54,803 bases of DNA from Gemmatimonadales bacterium. Lineage in GTDB: Bacteria; Gemmatimonadota; Gemmatimonadetes; Longimicrobiales; Gaopeijiaceae. The position numbers and the translations under genes were made by a program. Where the stretch lies: positions 1-54,803 of the forward strand of contig REBX01000131.1 of NCBI GenBank assembly GCA_007692505.1, given 5' to 3'. Positions 17,096 through 26,500 of the stretch are shown here, in pieces. The notes under the pieces are model-generated. The model saw nothing but the letters and a program-made list of their open reading frames with translations, was not told where the DNA came from and searched no databases. Positions within the stretch are counted from its first letter, which is position 1. The number at the start of each line of letters is the position of its first letter.

Positions 17096-19528
17096 GTGCC
17101 CCCTGTCCGCCCCGCCTGCCCCACGCCCGCCCCGTCCCTCCCGTCCGGGCCCCGCGGGGCACGGCTCGCTGCCCTGCCGGCCCTCCTGGCCGGAACCGTC
17201 CTCGTCCTCCTGTGGGCCCTCCTCCCGGCCGGTCTGGGGGCCCAGACGCCGGCCCCGCCCACCCCGGCCACCGGCGGCGCCCAGGGAGCCATCCCCACCC
17301 CCCTGGAGCACTTCGGGCACGAGCTGGGCGCAGAGGGCGAGCTGGCGAACTGGGACGACCTTCTGGCCTACTACGACCAGGTGGCGGCGGCCAGCGACCG
17401 GATCACCCTGGACACGCTGGGCACCTCCACCCTGGGGCGGCCCTTCGTGAAGATGATCATCACCAGCGAGGAGAACCACCGGAACCTGGACCGCTACCGG
17501 GAAATCCAGCACCGGCTGGCCGACCCCCGCACCATCGGGTCCGAGGAGGAGAAGCGGGCCCTCATGGAGGAGGGGCGCACCGTGGTCCTCACCACCTCCC
17601 ACATCCACTCCACCGAGGTGGGAGCCGGGCAGGTCCCGGCCCGCCTGGTCCACCGCCTGGCCACCACGGACGAGCCCGACCTCCTCCACGTCCTGGACGA
17701 GACGATTCTGGTCCTGGTGCCCTCGCTGAACCCCGACGGCACCCAGCTGGTGAGCGACTGGTGGCACGAGTGGAGGGACACCGAGTTCGAGGGCGCGCCC
17801 CTGAACCGCCTCTACCACCACTACATCGGGCACAACAACAACCGGGACTGGTTCTTCTTCGCCCAGAAGGAGACCCGGATGACGGTGAAGGGGGTCCACA
17901 ACACCTGGCGCCCCCAGATCGTCCACGACATCCACCAGATGGGCTCCGGGGCCGCCCGCTTCTTCGTGCCGCCCTACATCGACCCGGTGGAGCCCAACGT
18001 GGATCCCCTCCTGATCTCGGCGCTGAACTCCCTGGGCACCTGGATCCGGGCCGACATGACCCGGGAGGGCTTCGACGGCATCGTCACCGACGCCATCTTC
18101 GACATCTACACCCCGGCCCGGGCCTACATGCACTACCACGGCGGGGTGCGGATCCTGTCGGAGACGGCCAGTGCGAGCTGGGCCCGCCCCATCGAGATCG
18201 ACTTCGAGAACCTGGGGGGCACGGCGGACTACAACGCGCAGCAGATGAGCTCCAACTTCCCGTCGCCCTGGATGGGCGGGCGCTGGGGGCTGGACGACGT
18301 CCTGGACTACATGGAGGCGGCCTCCCTCACCATCCTGGTGAACGCCGCCCGGAACCGGGCTTTCTGGCTGGACAACTTCGTGCGGATCCACGAGCGGGCA
18401 GTGGCCGGGTGGGACACCTGGCCCGACGCCTGGGTGATCCCGGCAGGACAGGAGTACGACGCCGGCATGGAGCAGCTCCTCCGGGTCCTCACAACCGGCG
18501 ACGTGGAGGTCCACGTGGCGGAGGAGGGCTTCACGGTGGAGGGACGCCAGGTCCCCGAGGGCTCGTGGGTCGTCCCCATGCAGCAGCCCTACGCGGCCTT
18601 CGCCCAGACCATGCTGGAGCCCCAGGAGTACCCCGACCTCCGCCAGTACCCCGGCGGCCCGCCGGTGCGGCCCTACGACGCCACGGCCCACTCCCTCCCC
18701 CTCCTCTTCGGCATCGAGGCCTTCCCGGTGGAGGCCCTCCCCCAGGTGAGCCTCTCGGCGCCGGTGGAGCGCTTCACCGAGTTCTCCTTCCCCGTTCCCG
18801 CCCACCTCATGGGGGCCGACGCACCCCGCATCGGGCTCTACCGCTCGTACGCCGAGCCCATGCCCCAGGGGTGGACCCGCTGGCTCTTCGACCTGGCTGG
18901 GATCCGCTACACCCCCCTCCGGAATGACGACATCCGGGCCGGCGGGCTCGCCAATGACCTGGACGTGATCATCTTCCAGGACCAGGGGGCCAACTCCATC
19001 CGGAACGGCCACTCCCCGCAGCGGATGCCCGAGCCCTACGCCGGTGGGATCGGCGAGGAGGGCGAGGCGGCGCTCCGGGACTTCGTGGAGGCCGGGGGCC
19101 GCATCGTGGCCATCGACGCCGCCACGGACTGGGCCATCGACGCCTTCGACCTGGGGGTGGCCAATGCGGTGACGGACCTGCCCTCCCAGGACTTCTACAT
19201 CCCGGGCTCCATCCTCCACCTGGACCTGGACCCGGACCACGAGATCGCCCGACAGGTCCCCACCGAGAACTTCGCCTGGTACTGGCGGACGAGCCGGGCC
19301 TTCCAGGTGTCGGACCCCGATGCCCGCATCGTGGGCACGTACGGCGAGGGCGACCCCCGCCTGGCCGGCTGGGTGCTGGGCGAGGAGTTCGTGGCGGGCC
19401 TGCCCGCCCTGGTGGACGTGCCCATGGGCCAGGGGAACGTGATCCTCTTCGGGTTCCAGCCCAACTTCCGGGGGCAGACCGTGGGCTCGTGGCCCCTCTT
19501 CTTCAACGCCCTCCGCCGGAATGAGTGA
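17096..19528 (+). CDS. secreted M14-family metallocarboxypeptidase-like protein with a C-terminal GATase1-like domain
   Basis: GTG at 17096 lies 5 nt after GGAGG. Signal peptide is ALPALLAGTVLVLLWALLPAGLGAQ. Supporting blocks are TTSHIHSTEVGAGQ (HxxE zinc motif), PSLNPDG, NNNRDWFF and DIHQMG. The C-terminal DVIIFQDQG...GGRIVAIDAA is GATase1-like. The start is uncertain. Confidence 0.75.
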   Translation: MPPVRPACPTPAPSLPSGPRGARLAALPALLAGTVLVLLWALLPAGLGAQTPAPPTPATGGAQGAIPTPLEHFGHELGAEGELANWDDLLAYYDQVAAASDRITLDTLGTSTLGRPFVKMIITSEENHRNLDRYREIQHRLADPRTIGSEEEKRALMEEGRTVVLTTSHIHSTEVGAGQVPARLVHRLATTDEPDLLHVLDETILVLVPSLNPDGTQLVSDWWHEWRDTEFEGAPLNRLYHHYIGHNNNRDWFFFAQKETRMTVKGVHNTWRPQIVHDIHQMGSGAARFFVPPYIDPVEPNVDPLLISALNSLGTWIRADMTREGFDGIVTDAIFDIYTPARAYMHYHGGVRILSETASASWARPIEIDFENLGGTADYNAQQMSSNFPSPWMGGRWGLDDVLDYMEAASLTILVNAARNRAFWLDNFVRIHERAVAGWDTWPDAWVIPAGQEYDAGMEQLLRVLTTGDVEVHVAEEGFTVEGRQVPEGSWVVPMQQPYAAFAQTMLEPQEYPDLRQYPGGPPVRPYDATAHSLPLLFGIEAFPVEALPQVSLSAPVERFTEFSFPVPAHLMGADAPRIGLYRSYAEPMPQGWTRWLFDLAGIRYTPLRNDDIRAGGLANDLDVIIFQDQGANSIRNGHSPQRMPEPYAGGIGEEGEAALRDFVEAGGRIVAIDAATDWAIDAFDLGVANAVTDLPSQDFYIPGSILHLDLDPDHEIARQVPTENFAWYWRTSRAFQVSDPDARIVGTYGEGDPRLAGWVLGEEFVAGLPALVDVPMGQGNVILFGFQPNFRGQTVGSWPLFFNALRRNE

Positions 19529-20321
19529 GGCCGCCGAACCAGGCCCCACCGGTCCCGCCACGCCCCCCGACTCGCACCCCGAACCCGTGGAGGACCCGGC
19601 CCGAGCCGCCGCCGGGTCGCCGGACCTGGCCACCCTGAACGCGGCCGTGGCCAGCTGCCGGGCCTGCCCCCGGCTGGTGGAGTGGCGGGAGACGGTGGCC
19701 CGGGAGAAGCGGGCCTCCTACGCCGACGAAACGTACTGGGGCCGCCCCGTGCCGGCCTTCGGCGACCCCCGTGCCTCCGTCCTGGTGGTGGGGCTGGCCC
19801 CGGCGGCCCACGGGGCAAACCGCACGGGCCGCATGTTCACCGGCGACCGCTCCGGCGACTGGCTCTTCCGTGCCCTCCACCGGGCCGGGTTCGCCTCCCG
19901 GCCCGACGGGCGAAGCGCCGACGACGGCCTCCGGCTCCGGAACCTCTGGCTCACCGCCGCCGTACACTGTGCCCCACCGGACAACCGCCCCACCGCCGAC
20001 GAGCGCCGCACCTGCCGCCCCTGGCTGGAACGGGAGCTGGACCTCCTGGCCCCGGGGCTCCGATGCATCGTCTCCCTGGGGGGGTTCTCGTGGGACCACG
20101 TCCTCCGGGTCCTCCGGGACCGGGACTGGCCCGTGCCCGTTCCCAAGCCCCGCTTCGGGCACGGCGCCGAGGTGACGGTGGAGGGGCCCCATGGACCCCT
20201 GGCCCTCCTGGCCTCGTACCATCCATCCCAGCAGAACACCTTCACGGGCCGCCTCACCGAGCCCGCCTTCGACCGGGTCTGGTCCCGCGCACGGGTCCTG
20301 GCCGACACGCCCACCGAATGA
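19521..20321 (+). CDS. uracil-DNA glycosylase, family 5 (UDGb-like)
   Basis: CRACPRLVEWRE is present. GLAPAAHGANRTGRMFTGD matches the family-5 motif rather than the family-4 GE.PG motif. AVHCAPP and SLGGFSW are also present. The ATG overlaps the M14 gene end by 8 nt. Confidence 0.8.
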   Translation: MSEAAEPGPTGPATPPDSHPEPVEDPARAAAGSPDLATLNAAVASCRACPRLVEWRETVAREKRASYADETYWGRPVPAFGDPRASVLVVGLAPAAHGANRTGRMFTGDRSGDWLFRALHRAGFASRPDGRSADDGLRLRNLWLTAAVHCAPPDNRPTADERRTCRPWLERELDLLAPGLRCIVSLGGFSWDHVLRVLRDRDWPVPVPKPRFGHGAEVTVEGPHGPLALLASYHPSQQNTFTGRLTEPAFDRVWSRARVLADTPTE

Positions 20322-20406
20322 ACCCATACCAGTCCGCCCTCCCCTGCTCCGGCCCGCCTCCCCGGGCCCGCTTCACCGAGCCCTCCTCCTCCGGGGACGG
20401 CTCCGC

Positions 20407-21246
20407 ATGAGGAGCCGCTCCCGTCTCCGCATCCTGGTGCCGGGCCTGGTGGCCCTCCTCCTCCTCATGGCCACCCAGGGGTGCCGCTCCGGAGAGCCCG
20501 CCGCCGAGCCCTCCCCCCTGGAACGCGCCCAGGAGGAGCACTGCCGCTCCCTGCAGGAACTCCTCCCCCTCTCCCTGGAGGCCGCCCTGGACATGGAGGC
20601 CCTGGAGGCATGGAGCGAGGCCCGGGACCCCGACGCCCCCGGAGGCACCATCCTCCTCTCGGTGAACCGCTGGATGCTGGACCCGGACGAGAACTGGGTC
20701 CGGCCCCTGGACGGCTCCCTCCCCGACGAGGTGGCCGACGAACTCGCCGGTGCCGTGGCCGGTGCCCTCGTCCCCCTCCCAGAATCCGCCTGGGCAGGGT
20801 TGGAGGAGGGCCTCCCGACCCCCGTGGGTCCGCTGGCGGGAGCCACCCCCGTGGACCCGGAACGCTACCGGGTGCGGAGGGAGACGGATCCTGGCAGCGC
20901 GTTCCGCCTGAGGGTCGCCCTCCCCGAGGGCCCCAGCCGGGTCCTCACGGCCTCTCTGGAGCCCAGCACGGACTGCCCTCCCATCCTCCGGAATGGCGCC
21001 GACCTGGCCACCCGCCTGGCTGCCCTGGGGGAGGAGGTGGATGTGGGGGTGACCTTCCAGACGATCCTCCTGGTGGACGGCGAGGGCGAGGTGGAGGCTG
21101 CGGGGCTGGCCGGCACCGACGGGACCCCGGTGGCCCGAGACCGGGTCCTTCAGGTGGCCCGGGAAGCCCGGTTCACCCCTGCCCGCATCGACGGCTTCGC
21201 CGTGCCGGCCCGGACCCTGGTCCCCCTGGCCTTCCCCGACCCGTGA
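20407..21246 (+). CDS. probable lipoprotein with a TonB C-terminal-like domain
   Basis: MRSRSRLRILVPGLVALLLLMATQGC is a signal peptide plus lipobox. The C-terminal VLQVAREARFTPARIDGFAVPARTLVPLAF resembles a TonB_C fold signature. Confidence 0.6.
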   Translation: MRSRSRLRILVPGLVALLLLMATQGCRSGEPAAEPSPLERAQEEHCRSLQELLPLSLEAALDMEALEAWSEARDPDAPGGTILLSVNRWMLDPDENWVRPLDGSLPDEVADELAGAVAGALVPLPESAWAGLEEGLPTPVGPLAGATPVDPERYRVRRETDPGSAFRLRVALPEGPSRVLTASLEPSTDCPPILRNGADLATRLAALGEEVDVGVTFQTILLVDGEGEVEAAGLAGTDGTPVARDRVLQVAREARFTPARIDGFAVPARTLVPLAFPDP

Positions 21247-21314
21247 GCGGGCACCGGGAACGGGCTGCGAGCCAGCCCCGGGAACGCGGCGGCGGCGGGG
21301 GGGTTCAGGGCCCC

Positions 21315-22400
21315 ATGACCACCCTGACCTCGCCTCGCGCCCTCAGCCTCACCCAGCAGCCCGTAACCCGTCCGCAGGTGACGGACCTCCGGACCCTCCT
21401 CGCGGAGGCCGGCGAGGACGGGCTCCTCCGGAACCATCGTCGCCTCCTGGCCGTATCGCACCACACAACGGCGGGCTTCCCCGATCGGGTGCTCCGTCGC
21501 CGTCTGGGCGACGACCGGGCCCGGCTGGACACCTATCTGGAGGCGCTGGCCGGTCTCTTCCCCCCGGAGGCGGGCTACCACCATGACCGCCTCCAGCTCC
21601 GGGACGAGCTCTCCTCCGAGCAGAAGGAGACGGAGCCCCTGAACGCCGACGCCCACCTCTCCTTCATCGGGGGCGGGTTCACGAACTGCGCGGAGTTCGC
21701 CGCAGGCCCCGGAGGGCCCCTGGAAGAGCGCCCCCTATGGTTCGTGGACTTCGACGGGGTCTACCGCGACAGGGACAACACCGAAATCCGTCGGACCCGG
21801 CGGACCACCTTCGTGGGCTACAACGGGGAGGAGCGGGTGGCCTCGGCGGAATTGGAGGTCCCGGTGCCCCGGGGACGGGTGGCTCTGGACCTGGCCTCCG
21901 ACCTGGTCTCCACGGATCCGTCCGGGGGCCCCACGATCCCTGCCGGGGCCCTCCTCCAACCCATCCTGGAGGCCATCTCCACCCACGGGGTCACCCACGG
22001 ACGGATCCAGCTCCACCTCCACCCCGAGGAGCGGGGGGCGGGGCTCACCGTGAACGAATTCGAGGCCCTCCTCATGACCCGCGACCTGGTGGAGCTCTTC
22101 GAGTCGCCCCTGCGCTGGGCCGCGGCCCGACAGGCCGGAAACGCCCTCCTCTCGGCCCTCCGGGCGCTCCGGATCAGCCGGGAGCGGAGGGAGAGGCTCC
22201 GGGACCGAGTCCTGGCCCGACCCACTCCGCGGATCCTCCGGCTCCGGCGGGACCTTCGCCTCCCCCTCCTCCCCGACGGCCCCCCGGGGGCTCCGGCACG
22301 CCCGGTCCAGGGTCGCTACCAGAGCCCCATCCTGGTCCAGTGGGACCCGGCCCCCGCCGGGGTCCGGCGGGTCCGGGCCACCCTCTGGCGCTTCCGCTGA
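21315..22400 (+). CDS. hypothetical protein with an N-terminal YjbQ/UPF0047-like region and a long C-terminal extension
   Basis: LLAVSHHTTAGF and NADAHLSFIGGGF resemble the HTTA and aHl blocks of UPF0047. The remaining ~200 aa are unassigned. Confidence 0.5.
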   Translation: MTTLTSPRALSLTQQPVTRPQVTDLRTLLAEAGEDGLLRNHRRLLAVSHHTTAGFPDRVLRRRLGDDRARLDTYLEALAGLFPPEAGYHHDRLQLRDELSSEQKETEPLNADAHLSFIGGGFTNCAEFAAGPGGPLEERPLWFVDFDGVYRDRDNTEIRRTRRTTFVGYNGEERVASAELEVPVPRGRVALDLASDLVSTDPSGGPTIPAGALLQPILEAISTHGVTHGRIQLHLHPEERGAGLTVNEFEALLMTRDLVELFESPLRWAAARQAGNALLSALRALRISRERRERLRDRVLARPTPRILRLRRDLRLPLLPDGPPGAPARPVQGRYQSPILVQWDPAPAGVRRVRATLWRFR

Positions 22401-22453
22401 CCCGGCGGGGGGAACGGGCGGGCCGACAGCTCGTCGCTCCCCCCGTCCGGACC

Positions 22454-22489
22454 CCGGGGACGACCCGTACCGAAGCGGATCGTCCCCGG
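22454..22489. terminator. GC hairpin between convergent genes (candidate terminator)
   Basis: CCGGGGACGA-cccgtaccgaagcgga-TCGTCCCCGG forms a 10-bp perfect stem. Confidence 0.45.
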
Positions 22490-22496
22490 ACCGGCC

Positions 22497-23273
22497 TCAG
22501 ATGAGGGACCGGCCCTGGCTGCCATCCACCGGGATGCAGGTTCCGGTGAGGAGGCTGGCACGGGGCGACGCCAGGAAGGTGACGAGGTTCGCGACCTCCT
22601 CCACCGTACCGAAACGACCCAGGGGCAGGTTCTCCTCCACGAAGGCCTCCATGGCCTCGGGCTGCTCCTTCACCCGGCGATCCCAGCTCCCGCCGGGAAA
22701 GCGGATGGAGCCCGGCGCCACCGAGTTCACCCGGATCCCCTCGGGGGCCAGCTCCAGGGCCATGATGCGGGCCGCACTGATCATGGCGCTCTTCGTGGTG
22801 TTGTAGATGCTCAGGCCGGGGCCACCGGCCTCCCGCCCGAAGATGGACGACACGAAGACCACCGAGCCCCCGCCCCGCTTCCGCATCTCGGGGATGGCCG
22901 CCCGGGTCGTGCGGAACGCCGTGTTCACGTTGAGGTCGAAGAGCTCGCTCCAGTCCTGGTCCGTGGTCTCCTCGAAGGGCTTCCGGCGGTTCCCCCCCAC
23001 GTTGTTCACCACCACGTCCACACCGCCGAAGGCCTCCACCGCAGCCGAGACCAGGGTGGCGGCGGCATGGGGCTCGGTGAGGTCCAGGGCCCGGGACACC
23101 ACCTCCGCCCCCAGCTCCTCCAGCTCCCGGGCGGCCTCCTCCAGGGCCTCTGCCCCCCGGGCGCAGATGGCGAGGCGACATCCCTCCCGGGCGAGTCCCC
23201 CGGCAATGCCCCGCCCGATCCCGCGGCTGGCTCCCGTGACGATGGCGACGCGGCCTTCGAGCTCCATGTCCAT
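22497..23273 (-). CDS. SDR-family oxidoreductase (FabG-like)
   Basis: The start is MDMELEGRVAIVTGASRGIGRGIA (TGxxxGxG). NNVG, the catalytic S...YxxxK (SIYNTTKSA), and PGSIRFP are all present. Confidence 0.9.
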   Translation of the reverse strand: MDMELEGRVAIVTGASRGIGRGIAGGLAREGCRLAICARGAEALEEAARELEELGAEVVSRALDLTEPHAAATLVSAAVEAFGGVDVVVNNVGGNRRKPFEETTDQDWSELFDLNVNTAFRTTRAAIPEMRKRGGGSVVFVSSIFGREAGGPGLSIYNTTKSAMISAARIMALELAPEGIRVNSVAPGSIRFPGGSWDRRVKEQPEAMEAFVEENLPLGRFGTVEEVANLVTFLASPRASLLTGTCIPVDGSQGRSLI

Positions 23274-23505
23274 GTCCGTCGATCTCCCGTTCCTGGTGCA
23301 GTGTCTCGCCAATGTCCCGCGGCATTCGACGGACGTTGGCCGCACTGCACCGGCTGATCCGTACCGGGGGGCCAGCGCCTGCCGGCCCCGATCCCCCGGG
23401 GTGAAGGGCGACGTACCCGATGGGGCACCGGCAGGTCCGCCGCCGGACCCCGGGCAGGAGCCTATCCCCGCCGCCCGCGCCCACCGGGCCCGGGTGCCCT
23501 GCACC

Positions 23506-23536
23506 TTGAAGCCCCACGTCTTCGGGTTATCTTCGG
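23506..23536 (+). promoter_or_regulatory. candidate dnaE2 promoter (TTGAAG-16 nt-TATCTT) overlapped by the 17-nt direct-repeat box CTTCGGGTTATCTTCGG
   Basis: The -35 is at 23506-23511, the -10 at 23528-23533 and the box at 23520-23536. ATG 23540 lies 7 nt after the -10, which would make the transcript leaderless. The box matches 14 of the 17 positions of the imuB box. Confidence 0.5.
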
Positions 23537-23539
23537 TAC

Positions 23540-26500
23540 ATGTCCCCCTCCACGTCCCCTTCCACCTCTCCCGGCACCCCCCCGTACGTGGAGCTCCATG
23601 CCCACTCCGCCTACTCGTTCCTGGACGGGGCCTCCCACCCGGAGGAGCTCGTCCTCCGGGCCCGGGAGCTGGGGCAGCCGGCCCTGGCGCTGACGGACCA
23701 CGACGGGCTCTACGGGAGCATGGAGTTCGCCCGGGCCGCCCTGGAGGCGGAGCTCCACCCCATCACCGGCGTGGAGCTCACGGTGGCCCTCCCCCCGGTG
23801 GCCCTCTCCCCCGGCGGCCGAGGGGCAGCAGGGACCGTCGGGGACCCGGACCAGCCCCCGGAGCGACAGACGGCCCACATCACCCTCCTGGCCGAGTCGT
23901 CGGAGGGGTACGGCAACCTCTCGGAGCTGGTCACCGAGTCCCACCGGCGGGGGCCTCGGGGCGCCCCAGCCCTCCCCCTGGAGGAGGTGCTGGACCCGGC
24001 CCGGACCGAGGGTCTCGTCCTCCTCACCGGGTGCCGCGACGGCCCCCTCCACCATGCCGCCCGGCGTTCGGTGGCCCGGGCCGAGGAGGTGGCCCGGGAG
24101 ATGGTGGAGGCCTTCGGGCCCGGGCAGGTCTACGTGGAGCTCCAGGAGAACCGGGTCCGGGGCGATGCCCGGCGCACCCGGCTCCTGGGAGCGCTGGCGG
24201 ACCGGATGGACCTCCCGGTGGTGGCCACGGGGAACGTCCACTACCACCGGCCCGGGCTCCACCGGCTCCAGGACGTCCTCACCGCCATCCGCCACCGGAC
24301 CACGCTGGACGGCGCCCACGCCCACCGACGGCCCAATGCCTGCTTCCACCTGGCCCCTCCGGAAGAGATGGCCCGGCGGTTCTCCAGCCGCCCCGACGCC
24401 CTCCGCTCCACCCTGGAGATCGCGGACCGCTGCCGGGGCTTCCACCTGGCCCGGGACCTGGACTACGTCTTCCCCGACTTCCGGGGGAGCGACCGGGGGT
24501 CCGCCATGGAGGTGCTCTCGGCCCTGACGGGGGCACGGCTGGAGGAGCGGTACGGCCCCGAGGATCGGGACCGGGCCCGGGCGCGTCTGGACGAGGAGCT
24601 CCGGCTGGTGGAGCACCACGGCCTGGCGGGCTTCTTCCTGGTCTACCGGGACATCATGGAGCTGGCCCGCGAGGTGGCCCACCGGGTGCGCCGGGGGTCT
24701 GCCCGGAGCCGGGCCGGCCTCCCGCCGGGCCGGGGGCGGGGGTCGTCCGTGTCCTCCATCATCTGTTACCTCGTCGGGCTCTCCCACGTGGACCCGGTGG
24801 AGTCGAACCTCTTCCTGGGCCGGTTCCTTAACGACGCCATGGGCTCTGTCCCCGACATCGACCTGGACTTCCCCCGAGAGATCCGGGAGGAGCTCATCCT
24901 GGAGGTCCACCGGCGATGGGGTCCGGACCACACCGGCCTGGTGGCCACCTTCCCCACGTACCGGCTCCGCTCGGCGGTGCGGGAAGTGGGCAAGGTGCTG
25001 GAGATCGCCCCCGGCGACCTGGAGAAGATCGCCCGGCTGGCGGAGCACCGGTCCGCCGGCGGGCTCCGGGAGGACCTGGAGCACATGCCCGAGTTCGCGG
25101 ACCGGGCCGAAAGCCGCCCCTGGCAGCACTTCCTGGAGCGGGTGGACGAGATCGCCGGGCTCCCCCGCCACATCTCCCAGCACGTGGGGGGGATGGTGAT
25201 CTCGAGCCGGCCCCTCCACCGCCTGGTCCCCCTGGAGCCCGCCGCCATGGAGGGCCGGACCCTCTGCCAGTGGGACAAGGACTCCTGCTCCGATGCGGGC
25301 TTCATCAAGATCGACTTCCTGGCCCTGGGCATGCTCTCCCTGGTGGAGGAGGCCGTGGACCTCATCGATGCCCGCCGACCCGCCGGGGAGGAGGCCCTGG
25401 ACCTCTCCCGCATCGACCTGGAGGACGAGGCGGTCCACGACCGCATCGCGGCAGGGGACACGGTGGGGATCTTCCAGGTGGAGAGCCGGGCCCAGATCCA
25501 GATGATCCGGAGGACCCGGCCCCGGACCCTCCCGGACCTGGCCATCCAGGTGGCGCTGGTCCGGCCGGGCCCCATCGTGGGCGGCGCGGTGAACCCCTAC
25601 GTCCGACGCCGGGAGGCACTCCGGAAGGACCCGACGTACCGGCCCCCGGTGGACCACCCCCTCCTGGAGGAGCCCCTGGCCGAGACCCTGGGGATCATCG
25701 TCTTCCAGGACCAGGTCCTCCAGGTCTGCCGGGCGCTGGCGGGGTTCACCGACGGCCAGGCGGAGAGCCTCCGGCGGGCCATGAGCCGGAAGCGGTCCGG
25801 CGAGGCCATGCGGGCCCACCGGGACGCCTTCCTGGAGGGCGCCCGGGCCCGGGGCGTCGACGAGGAGACGGCAAACCGGATCTTCCAGCAGGTGGTGGGC
25901 TTCTCCGAGTTCGGCTTCCCCAAGTCCCACGCGGCGGCCTTCGCGCTGCTGGCCTACCAGTCCGCCTGGCTCCGGCACCACTTCCCCACCGAGTACTACG
26001 TGGCCCTCTTCAACAACCAGCCCATGGGCTTCTACTCGCTGGACGCCCTGGGCCGCGATGCGGGCCGAAACGGGATCCGGATCCTCCCGCCCCACCTGGA
26101 ACACAGCCGGGTTCGCTGCACCCCCGAGGGCGACGACCTGAGGGTGGGGCTCGCTTTCGTCCGGGGGTGGGGCGAGGAGGTGGCCCGGCAGGTCGTGGCG
26201 GAGCGGGAGGCCCGGGGCCCCTTCCGGAGCCTGTCGGACTTCCTGGCCCGAACCCCCTCGGCCCTCCGGCGCCCGGCGGTGGAGAACCTGGTGTGGGTGG
26301 GCGGGCTGGACCACCTGGGGTTGGGGCGCCGCGAACTCCTCTGGCAGGCCGGGCTCTGGCTGGGCCCCGACGAGGAGCGGGGCCGGGGGCGGGGGCGGGC
26401 CGACGACCCCCAGCTCGCCCTGGGGCTCGGCGACCTGGAGGACCGGGCCACCCGGTTTCGCCCGGTGGACGACCGGGACGAGCTCGTGGCCGAGTACCGG

